A program made the position numbers and the translations under genes. A stretch of 64,000 bases of DNA from Methanomassiliicoccales archaeon. Its GTDB lineage: Archaea; Thermoplasmatota; Thermoplasmata; RBG-16-68-12; SOIM01. The stretch spans positions 180 to 64,179 of the forward strand of contig JAUVGH010000006.1 in NCBI GenBank assembly GCA_030593885.1, in the 5' to 3' direction. The notes beneath the pieces were generated by a model. The model made no database searches, was not told the DNA's origin, and was given only the letters and a program-made list of their open reading frames with translations. Below, in pieces: positions 27,565-37,106 of this stretch. Position 1 is the first letter of the stretch. Each line of letters opens with the position of its first letter.

Positions 27565-28118
27565 TCCTCGCCCCACAAGAGGTCAGAGACTTCCTTTATC
27601 GAGTCGTCCCAGATCTCCCTGAGAGCCGTTTCGTATCTGAGATCGATCCGCATCTGGCCGTCCTGACTCTCGATTATGAGCCCACCGATGCAGTCCGTAG
27701 TCCCGGCGAAGTTGCCGCCCACCAGGCCTTTCACAAGAGGGGAGTCCTTCTCGTTGCAGAACACCTTTCCAGAACTGATCTCCGTTTGGTTCTGCATCAC
27801 CATGGATCTGAGAATGTTCTCGTTCTGCGGGAGATTTCCGAGCCTGTCAAGAGCTCTCTGATAGACGGCGTCGAGCATGTCCTTCTGACTGCCCAGCACT
27901 ATCTTCTTGGATTCCAGCTCCGTTCTGGCGATCTCTTGTGTGTTCATTCTCACTACGAGTTTCTTGGACTCTTCTACCTTGGAGTCGAGAAGCAACTGCC
28001 CTTCGGCCTGAGCTTCCGAGACCTGCTTCTTCTTCTCTTTTTGGCCCTGCTCGATGATCTGCCGCGCTTCCTCTTTCCCCGTGTTGAGGATACTCTCTAT
28101 CACTTTGTCTAGTGACAT
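27561..28118 (-). CDS. atpE: A-type ATP synthase subunit E
   Basis: 185 aa from ATG 28118 (MSLDKVIESIL..), with a charged helical N-terminus. The upstream 16 codons in the ORF track run back into atpK and are unlikely. Confidence 0.82.
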   Translation of the reverse strand: MSLDKVIESILNTGKEEARQIIEQGQKEKKKQVSEAQAEGQLLLDSKVEESKKLVVRMNTQEIARTELESKKIVLGSQKDMLDAVYQRALDRLGNLPQNENILRSMVMQNQTEISSGKVFCNEKDSPLVKGLVGGNFAGTTDCIGGLIIESQDGQMRIDLRYETALREIWDDSIKEVSDLLWGEE

Positions 28119-28134
28119 AGGTCTGTCGCCTTGA

Positions 28135-28371
28135 TTATCCCATTTTGCCCAACAACATAAGCGCAATAACCAGCCCGAAAATGACTATAGTCTCTGGTAG
28201 AACCATGAAGACTATACCCTTTCCGAACAACGATTCGTTCTCTGCCATTGCCCCCACAGCCGCTGCTCCCACGACCTTCTCAGCCCATGCCGTAGCTACG
28301 GCTGAACCGACCATCGCGATCGCGGCTGCCAATGCTATTAAGCCATCACCTATTTCTCCTGCCATTTTCAT
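28135..28371 (-). CDS. atpK: A-type ATP synthase proteolipid subunit K (single hairpin, 78 aa)
   Basis: Two Gly/Ala-rich TM helices, with the carboxylate in LPETIVIFGLV. Confidence 0.88.
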   Translation of the reverse strand: MKMAGEIGDGLIALAAAIAMVGSAVATAWAEKVVGAAAVGAMAENESLFGKGIVFMVLPETIVIFGLVIALMLLGKMG

Positions 28372-30320
28372 ACCTCCTTAGACATTGCTCCCGGCTCTCC
28401 AAAGGGTTTGAATCTCTCTCCATTCCCCTCGTAGAACTTGAGGAAGAATTCCACATAGTTGAGCCTGATTGCCTGAATTCCCGCGGACAGCGCCCCCAGG
28501 ACGAATATCACGAAGTGAGACAGTATCAGGAAGATACCACCTAAGATCAGCCCTTCGATGGCCCCGCTGACTGCCCATGGCACCAGCATTTCATTGAACG
28601 CGTTCGCCATTGCCCCCTTCGCCACGGCCACACCTGCCAGCCTTGCGTACGAGAACATGTTAGCGAGGAGACCTATTACCTCCACCAGACCCATGGGTTC
28701 GCCTATCCCCAAGAGAACAGCTCCGATTACCAGCAGGATTATACTCACATAAGAGACGATCCACCCGCCGAAATCGAATCCAAAACCGGCTGGAAATGCG
28801 ATGTCCAACCCTATGGTCTGGCCTATCCAGTGTGGGAGGTCCACTACGAAGACGGCCACTCCTGGCGGATAAGGTCTGTTGTAGGCCGTGACCATGATCA
28901 GGATGAAGAAGGCGAAGAGAATCAGCATCCATCCGACCTTGGCCATTGCGTGTCTCTTCTTCCCTTTCTTGAACTCGTTGATGAAACCGAATGCGTATCC
29001 TATCCCCAGGTGGATGAGAGCGGCGATAAAGGACACCATGATGAGGTCCATCACGTCATCGAGTTTGTGGAATAGCGGGAACTTCAGAGACAGGAAACCT
29101 ATCTCAACCTCCAGATGTTCCCAGATTGGGAACCCAAAGGCGTCCCCGAACACGAACAGACCGAAGAACACCGAGAACACACCACCCCAGAACATGACCA
29201 ACATCAGATTCCTGAAATCTGGCATGCTCTTCAGTTTCGCCTGCATGATAAAGGCGGTGACCATCATCGCTACTCCGTATCCTATGTCACCGATCATGAA
29301 GCCGAAGAAAAGCGGGAAGACGAAGAACAGAATCGGTGTGGGATCCAGCTCAGTGCTCTTGGGGGTAGAGAACATGTGAACGAAAAATTCGGCCCGGCTG
29401 GCGGGTTCTGGACTGTCCAGGAGGACAGGCGATTCCTCCTCTTCCTTTTCTATCTCTTCGATGTAGAGCGTGCCCATCTTGGACAGGGAGGACTTGACCT
29501 CCTCGGCTCGTTCCTTGGGAATCCATCCATCAACGGCGAACGAGTGTTCTGTGGATGCGAATCTCAAAGGAGCTTCGGCCTTCTCCACCTGAACTGTAAG
29601 GAAATCCTCGGCTGACAGGACGAAATGTGCATGTTTCTCCTTGAGTTTCTCCAACGTATCCTGTGTCTGCTCCAGTCTCTTCTTGAGATTCTTCTTCTCG
29701 GTCTCAAGGTCCTTGGTCACCTTCAACGGTAGTCCGTCTCCCTCTGGAACCTCGACAGCCACGAAACCGCGGTCATTCAGGAATGTCTGTACCTCCGAAG
29801 CCTTCTTCTCAGATACAAAAAGGGCAATGAACTTCTCATGCTGGTAGACCTCGAAATCCAGGGCGACCTTTGCCAGCCCTTCCAGGGATTTGGATGTCCG
29901 ACCGACAAAGACATGCAGGTTCTCATAACCTCTGTACAACCCGAGTGGAAGTGGAATATGTGAGAATGGCTCCAGAGTCCTCAATCGAATGTCTATGTTG
30001 CTCAATCTGGATTCTATTTGCTTCCTGGCATTGTCCTCATCGGATATCTGCAGTTCAAGGCTCGTGATCTTGCCCTCTATCTCCCCCGTGACAGGGCCCC
30101 CCTTCCTTGCCTGCGATTCATCCAGTTCCAGTACCGAACAGATTGATCGAAGCTTGATCAGACTGGTGGATGCCGAGGATGCCTTCTCCAAGGGCTTCCC
30201 GATCTTGAAGGTCTCATCTTCTTCGACAAAATCCAGAAGGTGCAGAGTCTCCAGAGAATAAAGGACCTCTATTGTAGGTTCAAGGTCCTTCTTGGGACCC
30301 ACAATAAGAATCCTAGACAT
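28368..30320 (-). CDS. atpI: A-type ATP synthase subunit I (stator/a subunit)
   Basis: 650 aa: a soluble coiled N-terminal half plus a polytopic C-terminal half with the conserved YARLAGV Arg motif. Confidence 0.9.
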   Translation of the reverse strand: MSRILIVGPKKDLEPTIEVLYSLETLHLLDFVEEDETFKIGKPLEKASSASTSLIKLRSICSVLELDESQARKGGPVTGEIEGKITSLELQISDEDNARKQIESRLSNIDIRLRTLEPFSHIPLPLGLYRGYENLHVFVGRTSKSLEGLAKVALDFEVYQHEKFIALFVSEKKASEVQTFLNDRGFVAVEVPEGDGLPLKVTKDLETEKKNLKKRLEQTQDTLEKLKEKHAHFVLSAEDFLTVQVEKAEAPLRFASTEHSFAVDGWIPKERAEEVKSSLSKMGTLYIEEIEKEEEESPVLLDSPEPASRAEFFVHMFSTPKSTELDPTPILFFVFPLFFGFMIGDIGYGVAMMVTAFIMQAKLKSMPDFRNLMLVMFWGGVFSVFFGLFVFGDAFGFPIWEHLEVEIGFLSLKFPLFHKLDDVMDLIMVSFIAALIHLGIGYAFGFINEFKKGKKRHAMAKVGWMLILFAFFILIMVTAYNRPYPPGVAVFVVDLPHWIGQTIGLDIAFPAGFGFDFGGWIVSYVSIILLVIGAVLLGIGEPMGLVEVIGLLANMFSYARLAGVAVAKGAMANAFNEMLVPWAVSGAIEGLILGGIFLILSHFVIFVLGALSAGIQAIRLNYVEFFLKFYEGNGERFKPFGEPGAMSKEV

Positions 30321-30669
30321 CTGTTTCGGACGGAACAGCTACGACCCCCTCCTCGAAGCGTTTCAGCAGCAATGAGACCGCCGGATCGATCTTCGCCTCT
30401 CCCTTCTGTTTAATGACCGCAGCCTCCTGCCTCCCTTGCTCCAGAATACTGGCAGTCTTGACCTCGATCTCCTTCTTTTCTGCGTCCAATCGTCCTCTAA
30501 GTGTTTCATCTGCCTTACGCCTGGACTCATCCTGAATCCGGAGTACTTCCTTTTTGCCTTCCTTCAAAATCCTCTCTTTCTCGTCCATTGCCCTCTTCTT
30601 CATCTCCTGGACGTCCGCCTCCGCCACCTTAACCTTGACTAATGCCTCACCCTTCCTCATGGAACCCAT
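30313..30669 (-). CDS. atpH: A-type ATP synthase subunit H
   Basis: 118-aa charged helical protein and the first gene of the operon. CCTTTAAGT TATA-like box at 30689-30697, about 25 nt upstream of the ATG. Confidence 0.75.
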   Translation of the reverse strand: MGSMRKGEALVKVKVAEADVQEMKKRAMDEKERILKEGKKEVLRIQDESRRKADETLRGRLDAEKKEIEVKTASILEQGRQEAAVIKQKGEAKIDPAVSLLLKRFEEGVVAVPSETDV

Positions 30670-30829
30670 TGGGTAAATGAAATAATCGACTTAAAGGTTT
30701 CGTGAAACGGCATCTTGAGAATCCCATGGCCAGATATTCCGAGTAGTTCTCGGTGTATTCGTCGCTTCTCCCTTTTCGACAAAGACACCATGCCAAGGTT
30801 GGATTATTGGAAAGAAGGGACTCCCATTC

Positions 30830-31636
30830 CTACTCAGGGGGTGCTATGCCGAGCCCCAACCCTATCGTCCCCAGCAGGTCTTCGAAGGTCGGGTTCTTTG
30901 GTGTTATCATCACCCCGATACCTTCCTCTTCCAGCCGTTTTTTGGTGGAGCGATTCATGGCCGCGACTATCTTGTCGTTCAGTATGTCCGCTACCTTGTC
31001 TCTCACCCCGAGTTCGTTGGCAATCTCCAGGAAATAGGTCACCGTTCGGGCGCTGGTGAAGGCAAAGATATCGATATCCCTTCGAATGGCCATCTGAATG
31101 AGCTTCTTGGGCTCGGACAGGTCTTCTGGAAGGTCGATCGTATATAAGGGCAGAACACGGACCTCCACACCCATGTCTATCAATCTCTCCGCCAGCATCT
31201 TCGATCCTTTCGAGCTTGTCAGGATCTCCACTCTCTTCCCGACCAGATCATATTGGCTGGAAAGGTAGCTGATCAGTCCTTTGATTGTCACAACCTCAGG
31301 AACATCTGAAGGTTCCAAACCCACCTTTCTGAGAGACTCAGCGGTCTGGTCCCCAACGGCAATCACATGACAATGACCCAGCTGGCCTAGGAAACGATCC
31401 TTCGGAACATACGCGTCCGCGTTCTCAATCGCGAATTTGATCACATTCTCGCTCATGACCAGGCAGAGGTAGATAGAACGGTTCGATAGCGCAATCAGAA
31501 AACTCCGGAACTCATTGCCCGAGACCTTCTTCATCTCAATCATCGGTGCCCCAACTGGATCGAAACCCAGTCCTCTGGCAAGCTCCATCGACTCTGGAAG
31601 CGATTCTATTGGCCGCATCAAAGCGATTCGATTCAA
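30830..31636 (-). CDS. hemD: Uroporphyrinogen-III synthase-like protein
   Basis: 268 aa with a two-lobe HemD-like pattern (..MRP..LGFDPVGAPMIEM.., ..IAVGDQTAESL.., ..IFAFTSARTV..). The start codon is uncertain: TTG 31636 sits too close to a GGAGG. Confidence 0.55.
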   Translation of the reverse strand: MNRIALMRPIESLPESMELARGLGFDPVGAPMIEMKKVSGNEFRSFLIALSNRSIYLCLVMSENVIKFAIENADAYVPKDRFLGQLGHCHVIAVGDQTAESLRKVGLEPSDVPEVVTIKGLISYLSSQYDLVGKRVEILTSSKGSKMLAERLIDMGVEVRVLPLYTIDLPEDLSEPKKLIQMAIRRDIDIFAFTSARTVTYFLEIANELGVRDKVADILNDKIVAAMNRSTKKRLEEEGIGVMITPKNPTFEDLLGTIGLGLGIAPPE

Positions 31637-31901
31637 GCCTCCTCACCCGTGCCTTATCTCCGAAATCCATTCCTTCAGAATGCTCTCGTCTACCTCTGTG
31701 TCTACGGTTATGTGAAAGGGGGTATTTGCCCTTTTCTCACGTTCAGTATCAGCGAAATAAGAACGAATGAATTGAGACTTCGTCATATCAGTGTGTTTCG
31801 ACAAGACATGTTCATTTCGTCACCTAAGGTTACGATATCAGAGAGAAATCCAACGAAAACCGTTAAGTATTAATAAGTATGCGACGATTCCCCTATTGGT
31901 T

Positions 31902-32429
31902 ATGAACATGACGGCTAGTTCCACTAAGAAAAAAATCCCCTCGGAATTGGCAACAAGATGGGAAGGGTTGGACCTCAAGCTTTTGCCAATAGACCAGATT
32001 GACATCCAGATCCTTTCCATGCTGAGGCTGAACTCCAGGGCCGCTAATATCGAAATCGCGAGGGATCTTGAGATAAGTGAGGCGACTGTGAGGAGGAGGA
32101 TAAAGAACCTCGAGCAGAAAGGGATCATCAAGGGATACAGTACATACATCGATTATCAGCTAATAGAGAATCCAGTCAAGGCATACGTCCACCTTGGCGT
32201 GTCCAGCGAGAACAGGGATGACGTCGTGAAGAAGATAGTCGCGCATAACAGAGCGGTTGCAGTGTATCGCGTGACCGGCGACTTCGAGATTCTCTGCGTG
32301 ATGCTCTTCGTTGATATGTCGGAGATGCAGACATTCATCGATTCCTATCTGAAGATGGACGGAATCACCCGAGTCCTTACCCAGATTGTAATGAGTCCAT
32401 ACAAGGGAGTTCCCTGGACAGGAGTCTGA
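31902..32429 (+). CDS. Lrp/AsnC family transcriptional regulator
   Basis: DIQILSMLRLNSRAANIEIARDLEISEATVRRRIKNLEQKGIIKGY plus a RAM-like C-terminal domain. ATG 31902 lies about 29 nt downstream of the AT-rich AAGTATTAATAAGTAT. Confidence 0.85.
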   Translation: MNMTASSTKKKIPSELATRWEGLDLKLLPIDQIDIQILSMLRLNSRAANIEIARDLEISEATVRRRIKNLEQKGIIKGYSTYIDYQLIENPVKAYVHLGVSSENRDDVVKKIVAHNRAVAVYRVTGDFEILCVMLFVDMSEMQTFIDSYLKMDGITRVLTQIVMSPYKGVPWTGV

Positions 32430-32507
32430 GCACACTTCACATCAGGCCAAGTGGGGACAAGGGGGAGGAAGAAAGGCGTATCGGCACCTTCAGATGGATG
32501 TTTGAAA

Positions 32508-33158
32508 ATGCACAAGACCGTCGACATCGATGTTGGCAAGGACATTTTGGACAGAAACAGGGAGTTGGCAAGGAAGAACCACACATTTCTGGTAGAGAAA
32601 GGCATCAGGTCCTTCGATTTCGTGGGGGCCATCGGCTCCGGCAAGACACTGCTCATTGAAGGGATCATTGAGCTTCTGAAAGAAAAGGGACTCAGAGCGG
32701 GGGTCATCGCCGGTGATGTTGCGGGAGAGGAGGACTACATAAGATTCAGGGAACATGGGGTCCAGGTGGTAAACATCAACACAGGCAAGGAATGCCATCT
32801 CGACGCACATCTCGTTGAGCATGCAATGGACAAGCTGAACCTGGATGACCTGGATGTGCTGTTCGTGGAGAATGTCGGGAACCTGGTGTGTCCGGGCGAT
32901 TTTCCGCTTGGTACGGATGTCAGGGCGGTCGTGGTTTCGGTTACCGAGGGGGACGATATGATCAAGAAGCATCCCGTGATATTCGCGTTATCCGATGTCA
33001 TCGTGATCAACAAGATAGATCTGGCCGATGCCATGGAGGTCGATCCAAGGACATTGCAGAATGACGCGCATGCTCTGGGAACCAAAGCCGTGGTCGTGCA
33101 GACCGATGCCAGACACGGAAAGGGAATGACCGAATTGATGGATGCGCTCCAGATCTGA
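32508..33158 (+). CDS. hypB: Hydrogenase nickel-incorporation GTPase HypB
   Basis: From ATG 32508: MHKTVDIDVGKDIL..FDFVGAIGSGKTLLIE.., ENVGNLVCP and NKIDL motifs. Confidence 0.9.
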   Translation: MHKTVDIDVGKDILDRNRELARKNHTFLVEKGIRSFDFVGAIGSGKTLLIEGIIELLKEKGLRAGVIAGDVAGEEDYIRFREHGVQVVNINTGKECHLDAHLVEHAMDKLNLDDLDVLFVENVGNLVCPGDFPLGTDVRAVVVSVTEGDDMIKKHPVIFALSDVIVINKIDLADAMEVDPRTLQNDAHALGTKAVVVQTDARHGKGMTELMDALQI

Positions 33159-33169
33159 AAGAGAGGCGT

Positions 33170-35398
33170 TTGTACGTGATACTGAAGATATTCGGTGTCG
33201 TGCAGGGGGTGGGGTTCAGACCAACCGTCTTTCGCGTCGCCAACTCGATGGGTGCCAGAGGTTATGTCAAGAACAAGGGGTCATACGTGGAGGTCTGCAT
33301 CGATGGAGATGCGGATGAGTTCATCGTGAGGCTGGAAGAAGAGCTTCCTGTCCTCTCCAAGATAGAGAGGGTCGAGAAGGTCGAGAGCGAAACGAATACC
33401 GACTTCGATGGTTTTATCATCCTTCCGAGCGAGGAAGGCAGGCGGGACCCGTCCATACCTCCGGACGTTGCCACCTGCGACAGCTGCTTGGACGAGATCT
33501 TCGACCCTGGGAATAGGAGGTACATGTTCCCCTTCACCAACTGCACCGATTGCGGTGCCAGGTTCTCTCTGATTGAGGATTTCCCCTATGACAGGAAGCA
33601 TACCTCCATGGGGGACTTCTCTCTTTGCGAGGTCTGCAATGAAGAGTACAATGAGCCACTGGACAGGAGGTTCCACGCTCAGACCATTTCGTGCACCGAT
33701 GACGGACCGGCATATGTTCTATACAACGGACGAGGCGATGTGATTGAAGAGGTGGATGCGGTAGCCGCCTTCGCAAGGGAGATCGACTCCGGCAAGATTG
33801 GCGTGGCCAAGAGCTGGGGTGGTATGCACATCGTGAGCACCTTGGAGGCGATACATGAGCTCAGGGAATGGTATGGCAGACCACACAAACCCTTTGCGGT
33901 CATGGTCAGGAACCTGGAGGTCGCCAGAGAATATGCGGAGTTTGGGGAGTCTGAGGAACGGCTTCTGACATCATTCCAGGCGCCGATTGTCCTTCTGCAG
34001 AAGAAACATGGAATTCACGATGAACTGATGGATGCCGTGTCTCCCGGTCTGGGCAACATCGGGCTTTACCTTCCGTACACTGCTATCCAGCACATTCTTT
34101 TCCACCATGTTCAAAGCGACGCCCTCGTCATGACGTCGGCCAATCTTCCGGACGAACCGATGCTCATTAGGAACCAGGACGCCTTCTCACTTGGTCTGGA
34201 TTTTCACCTGTTGCACAACCGCAGGATTGTGAGCCGCGTGGACGACTCGGTGCTAATCCCCTTCGAAGGGCGCAGGCTGTTCATCCGGAAATCCAGAGGT
34301 TACGTCCCTGACCCTTTGAACGTTTTTCATGGGCACAGCATTCTATCCCTGGGAGCTGAAGAGAACGTCACTACCAGCATCTCAAAGGACGGGAAGGTCG
34401 TCACGTCCCAGTATATCGGAAACACACGGAGATACGAGGTTCAGAACTTCCTCAGGGAGAGTATTGACCGTCTCCTAGATCTGTTCGGCGTCAATGAACT
34501 GGACGCTGTCGCCATCGATCTTCATCCGCAGTATTCCACCAGGAAGGTCGGGGAGAAGTTTGCGGAGAAGTACGGAGTTGACGTTCTTGAGGTACAACAC
34601 CACTGGGCCCATGTTTCCAGCTTGATGGTTGACAACGAACGGGATGACCCCATCGTGTCTCTATCTGTTGACGGCGTCGGATACGGCACTGACGGGAAGA
34701 TCTGGGGCGGGGAGGTCATTTACTCACAGATGGACTCGTTCGAGAGACTGGCACACCTTGAGTACCTTCCTATGATCGGAGGCGACCTGGCAACAAAGGA
34801 ACCCAGGAGGATTCTTTTCGCCATCTTCCAGCTACTTGGCATATCCAAGAACTACTTCGGTCAGAAAGAATCTGAGGTTTTCGAGAAGGCTATGGGCAAC
34901 TCACCACAGTCCTGCAGCCTGGGTAGGGTGCTGGACGCGCTTTCAGCGTACCTCGGGATCTGTGACCGTATGACCTACGATGGGGAACCTGCAATCAGAC
35001 TTGAGCGATATCTCGAAGCAGGAAGACCCACCCATGAATTCGAGACAGAGATAATTGGATCGGATTCATCCACAATCGCGACCCTCCCGATGTTCGAGAG
35101 ACTGGATTCCATTGCCAAGGGGAAGGAACTTTCAGAAAGAGTGAGGGCGGACCTATCCAGATCCTTCGTAGAGGAGCTCATGAGGAGAATGGTGGAGATC
35201 AGTGTCCTCAAAGCCCAGGAGAAAGACGTTATGAGCATCGGACTCACTGGTGGGGTCTCCTACAGCCTTCCAATCGTACGGATGGTCGACCGTTTTGTTA
35301 AGAAGGCCGGTTTGGAATTGGTGCTCCACAACTCGGTCCCCAACGGGGACGGGGGAATATCCGTCGGCCAGAACGCAATAGCTGGTAATCTACTGTAG
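33170..35398 (+). CDS. hypF: Carbamoyltransferase HypF
   Basis: 742 aa: an acylphosphatase-like N-terminus (VQGVGFRP), two CxxC-x18-CxxC zinc fingers, and YrdC-like and Kae1-like regions. Confidence 0.92.
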   Translation: MYVILKIFGVVQGVGFRPTVFRVANSMGARGYVKNKGSYVEVCIDGDADEFIVRLEEELPVLSKIERVEKVESETNTDFDGFIILPSEEGRRDPSIPPDVATCDSCLDEIFDPGNRRYMFPFTNCTDCGARFSLIEDFPYDRKHTSMGDFSLCEVCNEEYNEPLDRRFHAQTISCTDDGPAYVLYNGRGDVIEEVDAVAAFAREIDSGKIGVAKSWGGMHIVSTLEAIHELREWYGRPHKPFAVMVRNLEVAREYAEFGESEERLLTSFQAPIVLLQKKHGIHDELMDAVSPGLGNIGLYLPYTAIQHILFHHVQSDALVMTSANLPDEPMLIRNQDAFSLGLDFHLLHNRRIVSRVDDSVLIPFEGRRLFIRKSRGYVPDPLNVFHGHSILSLGAEENVTTSISKDGKVVTSQYIGNTRRYEVQNFLRESIDRLLDLFGVNELDAVAIDLHPQYSTRKVGEKFAEKYGVDVLEVQHHWAHVSSLMVDNERDDPIVSLSVDGVGYGTDGKIWGGEVIYSQMDSFERLAHLEYLPMIGGDLATKEPRRILFAIFQLLGISKNYFGQKESEVFEKAMGNSPQSCSLGRVLDALSAYLGICDRMTYDGEPAIRLERYLEAGRPTHEFETEIIGSDSSTIATLPMFERLDSIAKGKELSERVRADLSRSFVEELMRRMVEISVLKAQEKDVMSIGLTGGVSYSLPIVRMVDRFVKKAGLELVLHNSVPNGDGGISVGQNAIAGNLL

Positions 35399-35435
35399 GA
35401 TAGTGTTTAATATGTCTCTCATATTGTACGGTCTG

Positions 35436-35657
35436 ATGTGTCTGGCTGTCCCGGCCAAGGTCGTTCGGATCAAGGGCGATGTCGCTGAGGTCGATTTTGG
35501 AGGAGTGGTGAGAGAGGCGAACATATCCCTCGTTGACACCAAGGTCGGTGAATACGTTATCGTTCACGCCGGATACGCAATTCAGACGCTCGATAAGAAA
35601 GAGGCAGAGGAGACCCTGGAGTGGTTCCAGGAGATCTTGGAAGATTCTCATGCATGA
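35436..35657 (+). CDS. hypC: Hydrogenase maturation factor HypC
   Basis: The start is set at ATG 35436 so that the protein begins MCLAVPAKV, giving the obligatory N-terminal Cys2. The ORF track begins at GTG 35403. Confidence 0.85.
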   Translation: MCLAVPAKVVRIKGDVAEVDFGGVVREANISLVDTKVGEYVIVHAGYAIQTLDKKEAEETLEWFQEILEDSHA

Positions 35658-36027
35658 ATTCTCGGTCATGTCCGATGTCATGGAGGCCCTCAAAGAGGAG
35701 TCACTCAAACACGATTTCAAAGGAGTGAAGGAGGTAGTTCTGGAAGTTGGTGTATTGACCTTCCTGGCCCATGAGCAGTTGAGGTTCTCTTACAAGGTGC
35801 TCTCTGAAGGGACGGTCTTCGACGGGTCCGAGCTCTCAATCGAGAACAGGCCAGCAATGGTCCGATGCGACTCGTGCGATTATGAAGGAGAGGGGGGTTT
35901 CAGAGATGAACCAGGATTCCATCGGGTCATGCCCACCTTCTCATGTCCCAAGTGCGGAGAGCCGACCTCGGTCGTGTCTGGCAATGAATGCATAATCAGA
36001 AGAATCGTGGCGGACGTTGAGGAATGA
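35650..36027 (+). CDS. hypA: Hydrogenase nickel-insertion protein HypA
   Basis: Starts MHEFSVM (the MHE motif) and has CDSC..x..CPKCG zinc sites. Overlaps hypC by 8 nt. Confidence 0.88.
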   Translation: MHEFSVMSDVMEALKEESLKHDFKGVKEVVLEVGVLTFLAHEQLRFSYKVLSEGTVFDGSELSIENRPAMVRCDSCDYEGEGGFRDEPGFHRVMPTFSCPKCGEPTSVVSGNECIIRRIVADVEE

Positions 36028-37106
36028 TGTACCAATACCGAGACCGAGAGATGGGCGAGAGGATTATTCGGAAGATCGCAGATCTCAACCTTGAACTGAC
36101 TCTCATGCACGTGTGTGGCACCCATCAAGACACTCTAATAAGGCATGGTTTACAGGGCTTGTTGGCAGACGTGGGTGTCGATATCAGACAGGGCCCCGGG
36201 TGTCCTGTGTGCGTGACAACTCCCAAGGAGATTGAAGAATCACTGTTACTCGCCAAGAGCGGGAAGACAATCCTGGTCTTCGGGGACATGTTGAAGGTCC
36301 CCGGCGCTTCCTCATCCCTTTCCCAGGCAAAGACCGAAGGGTGCGACGTGCGTGTCGTGTACGGCGTGGACGACGGCGTGAGGATCGCCAGAGGGATTGA
36401 CAGCGATTGTGTCTTCATGAGCATCGGGTTCGAGACAACCACTCCGAGCTCCGCCGCGGCGTTGAAGGCCAAGACACCGGACAACTTCTACGTCCTTACA
36501 TGCAACAGGTTGGTCCCCCCAGCGCTCAAGGCCATTGCACAGATGGGAGAGATCCGCCTGGACGGCCTCATCGAGCCTGGCCACGTCAGCACCATCATTG
36601 GATCCGAACCATACATGTTCCTCTCAGAGGAGTACGGGATTCCTCAGGTCATAGCAGGCTTCGAACCGTTGGACCTTCTAATGGGAGTCTACATGCTTGC
36701 CAAACAGAAGATGAAAGGCGAATGCAAGATGGAGATCGAGTACACAAGGGCCGTTCGTGAAGAAGGCAACCCAAAAGCCGTGGAGGTCATGGACTCGGTT
36801 TTCGAACACACGGATGTGAAGTGGAGAGGTTTCCCCGTCATACCTGGTAGTGGGCAGGAGCTTCGAGAGGAGTACGGATCTAAGAACGCCAGATTGGTGT
36901 TCGAGGATATACTGGTAGAACTCGAGGGAAGAGAGTTCCCAGAGCCTGAAGGTTGTCTTTGTGGCGAGGTTCTCAGGGGTATCGTGAGCTCAGACGAATG
37001 TCCGCTCTTCGGTACAGCATGCACACCCGAATCCCCGGTCGGGCCTTGTATGGTCAGCTCTGAGGGAAGCTGTAACATCGTGTACAAATATGGAAAGATG
37101 GGCTAA
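36024..37106 (+). CDS. hypD: Hydrogenase maturation factor HypD
   Basis: 360 aa with MHVCGTHQD, GPGCPVCV and FETT motifs. The start overlaps hypA as ATGA. Confidence 0.92.
   Translation: MMYQYRDREMGERIIRKIADLNLELTLMHVCGTHQDTLIRHGLQGLLADVGVDIRQGPGCPVCVTTPKEIEESLLLAKSGKTILVFGDMLKVPGASSSLSQAKTEGCDVRVVYGVDDGVRIARGIDSDCVFMSIGFETTTPSSAAALKAKTPDNFYVLTCNRLVPPALKAIAQMGEIRLDGLIEPGHVSTIIGSEPYMFLSEEYGIPQVIAGFEPLDLLMGVYMLAKQKMKGECKMEIEYTRAVREEGNPKAVEVMDSVFEHTDVKWRGFPVIPGSGQELREEYGSKNARLVFEDILVELEGREFPEPEGCLCGEVLRGIVSSDECPLFGTACTPESPVGPCMVSSEGSCNIVYKYGKMG

Noticed and set aside
28135-28371. An attempt to call Na+ versus H+ specificity of the ATP synthase from the c-subunit sequence (the LPET motif).
   Set aside because: I cannot align the helix-1 ligands reliably by eye, so no claim is made.
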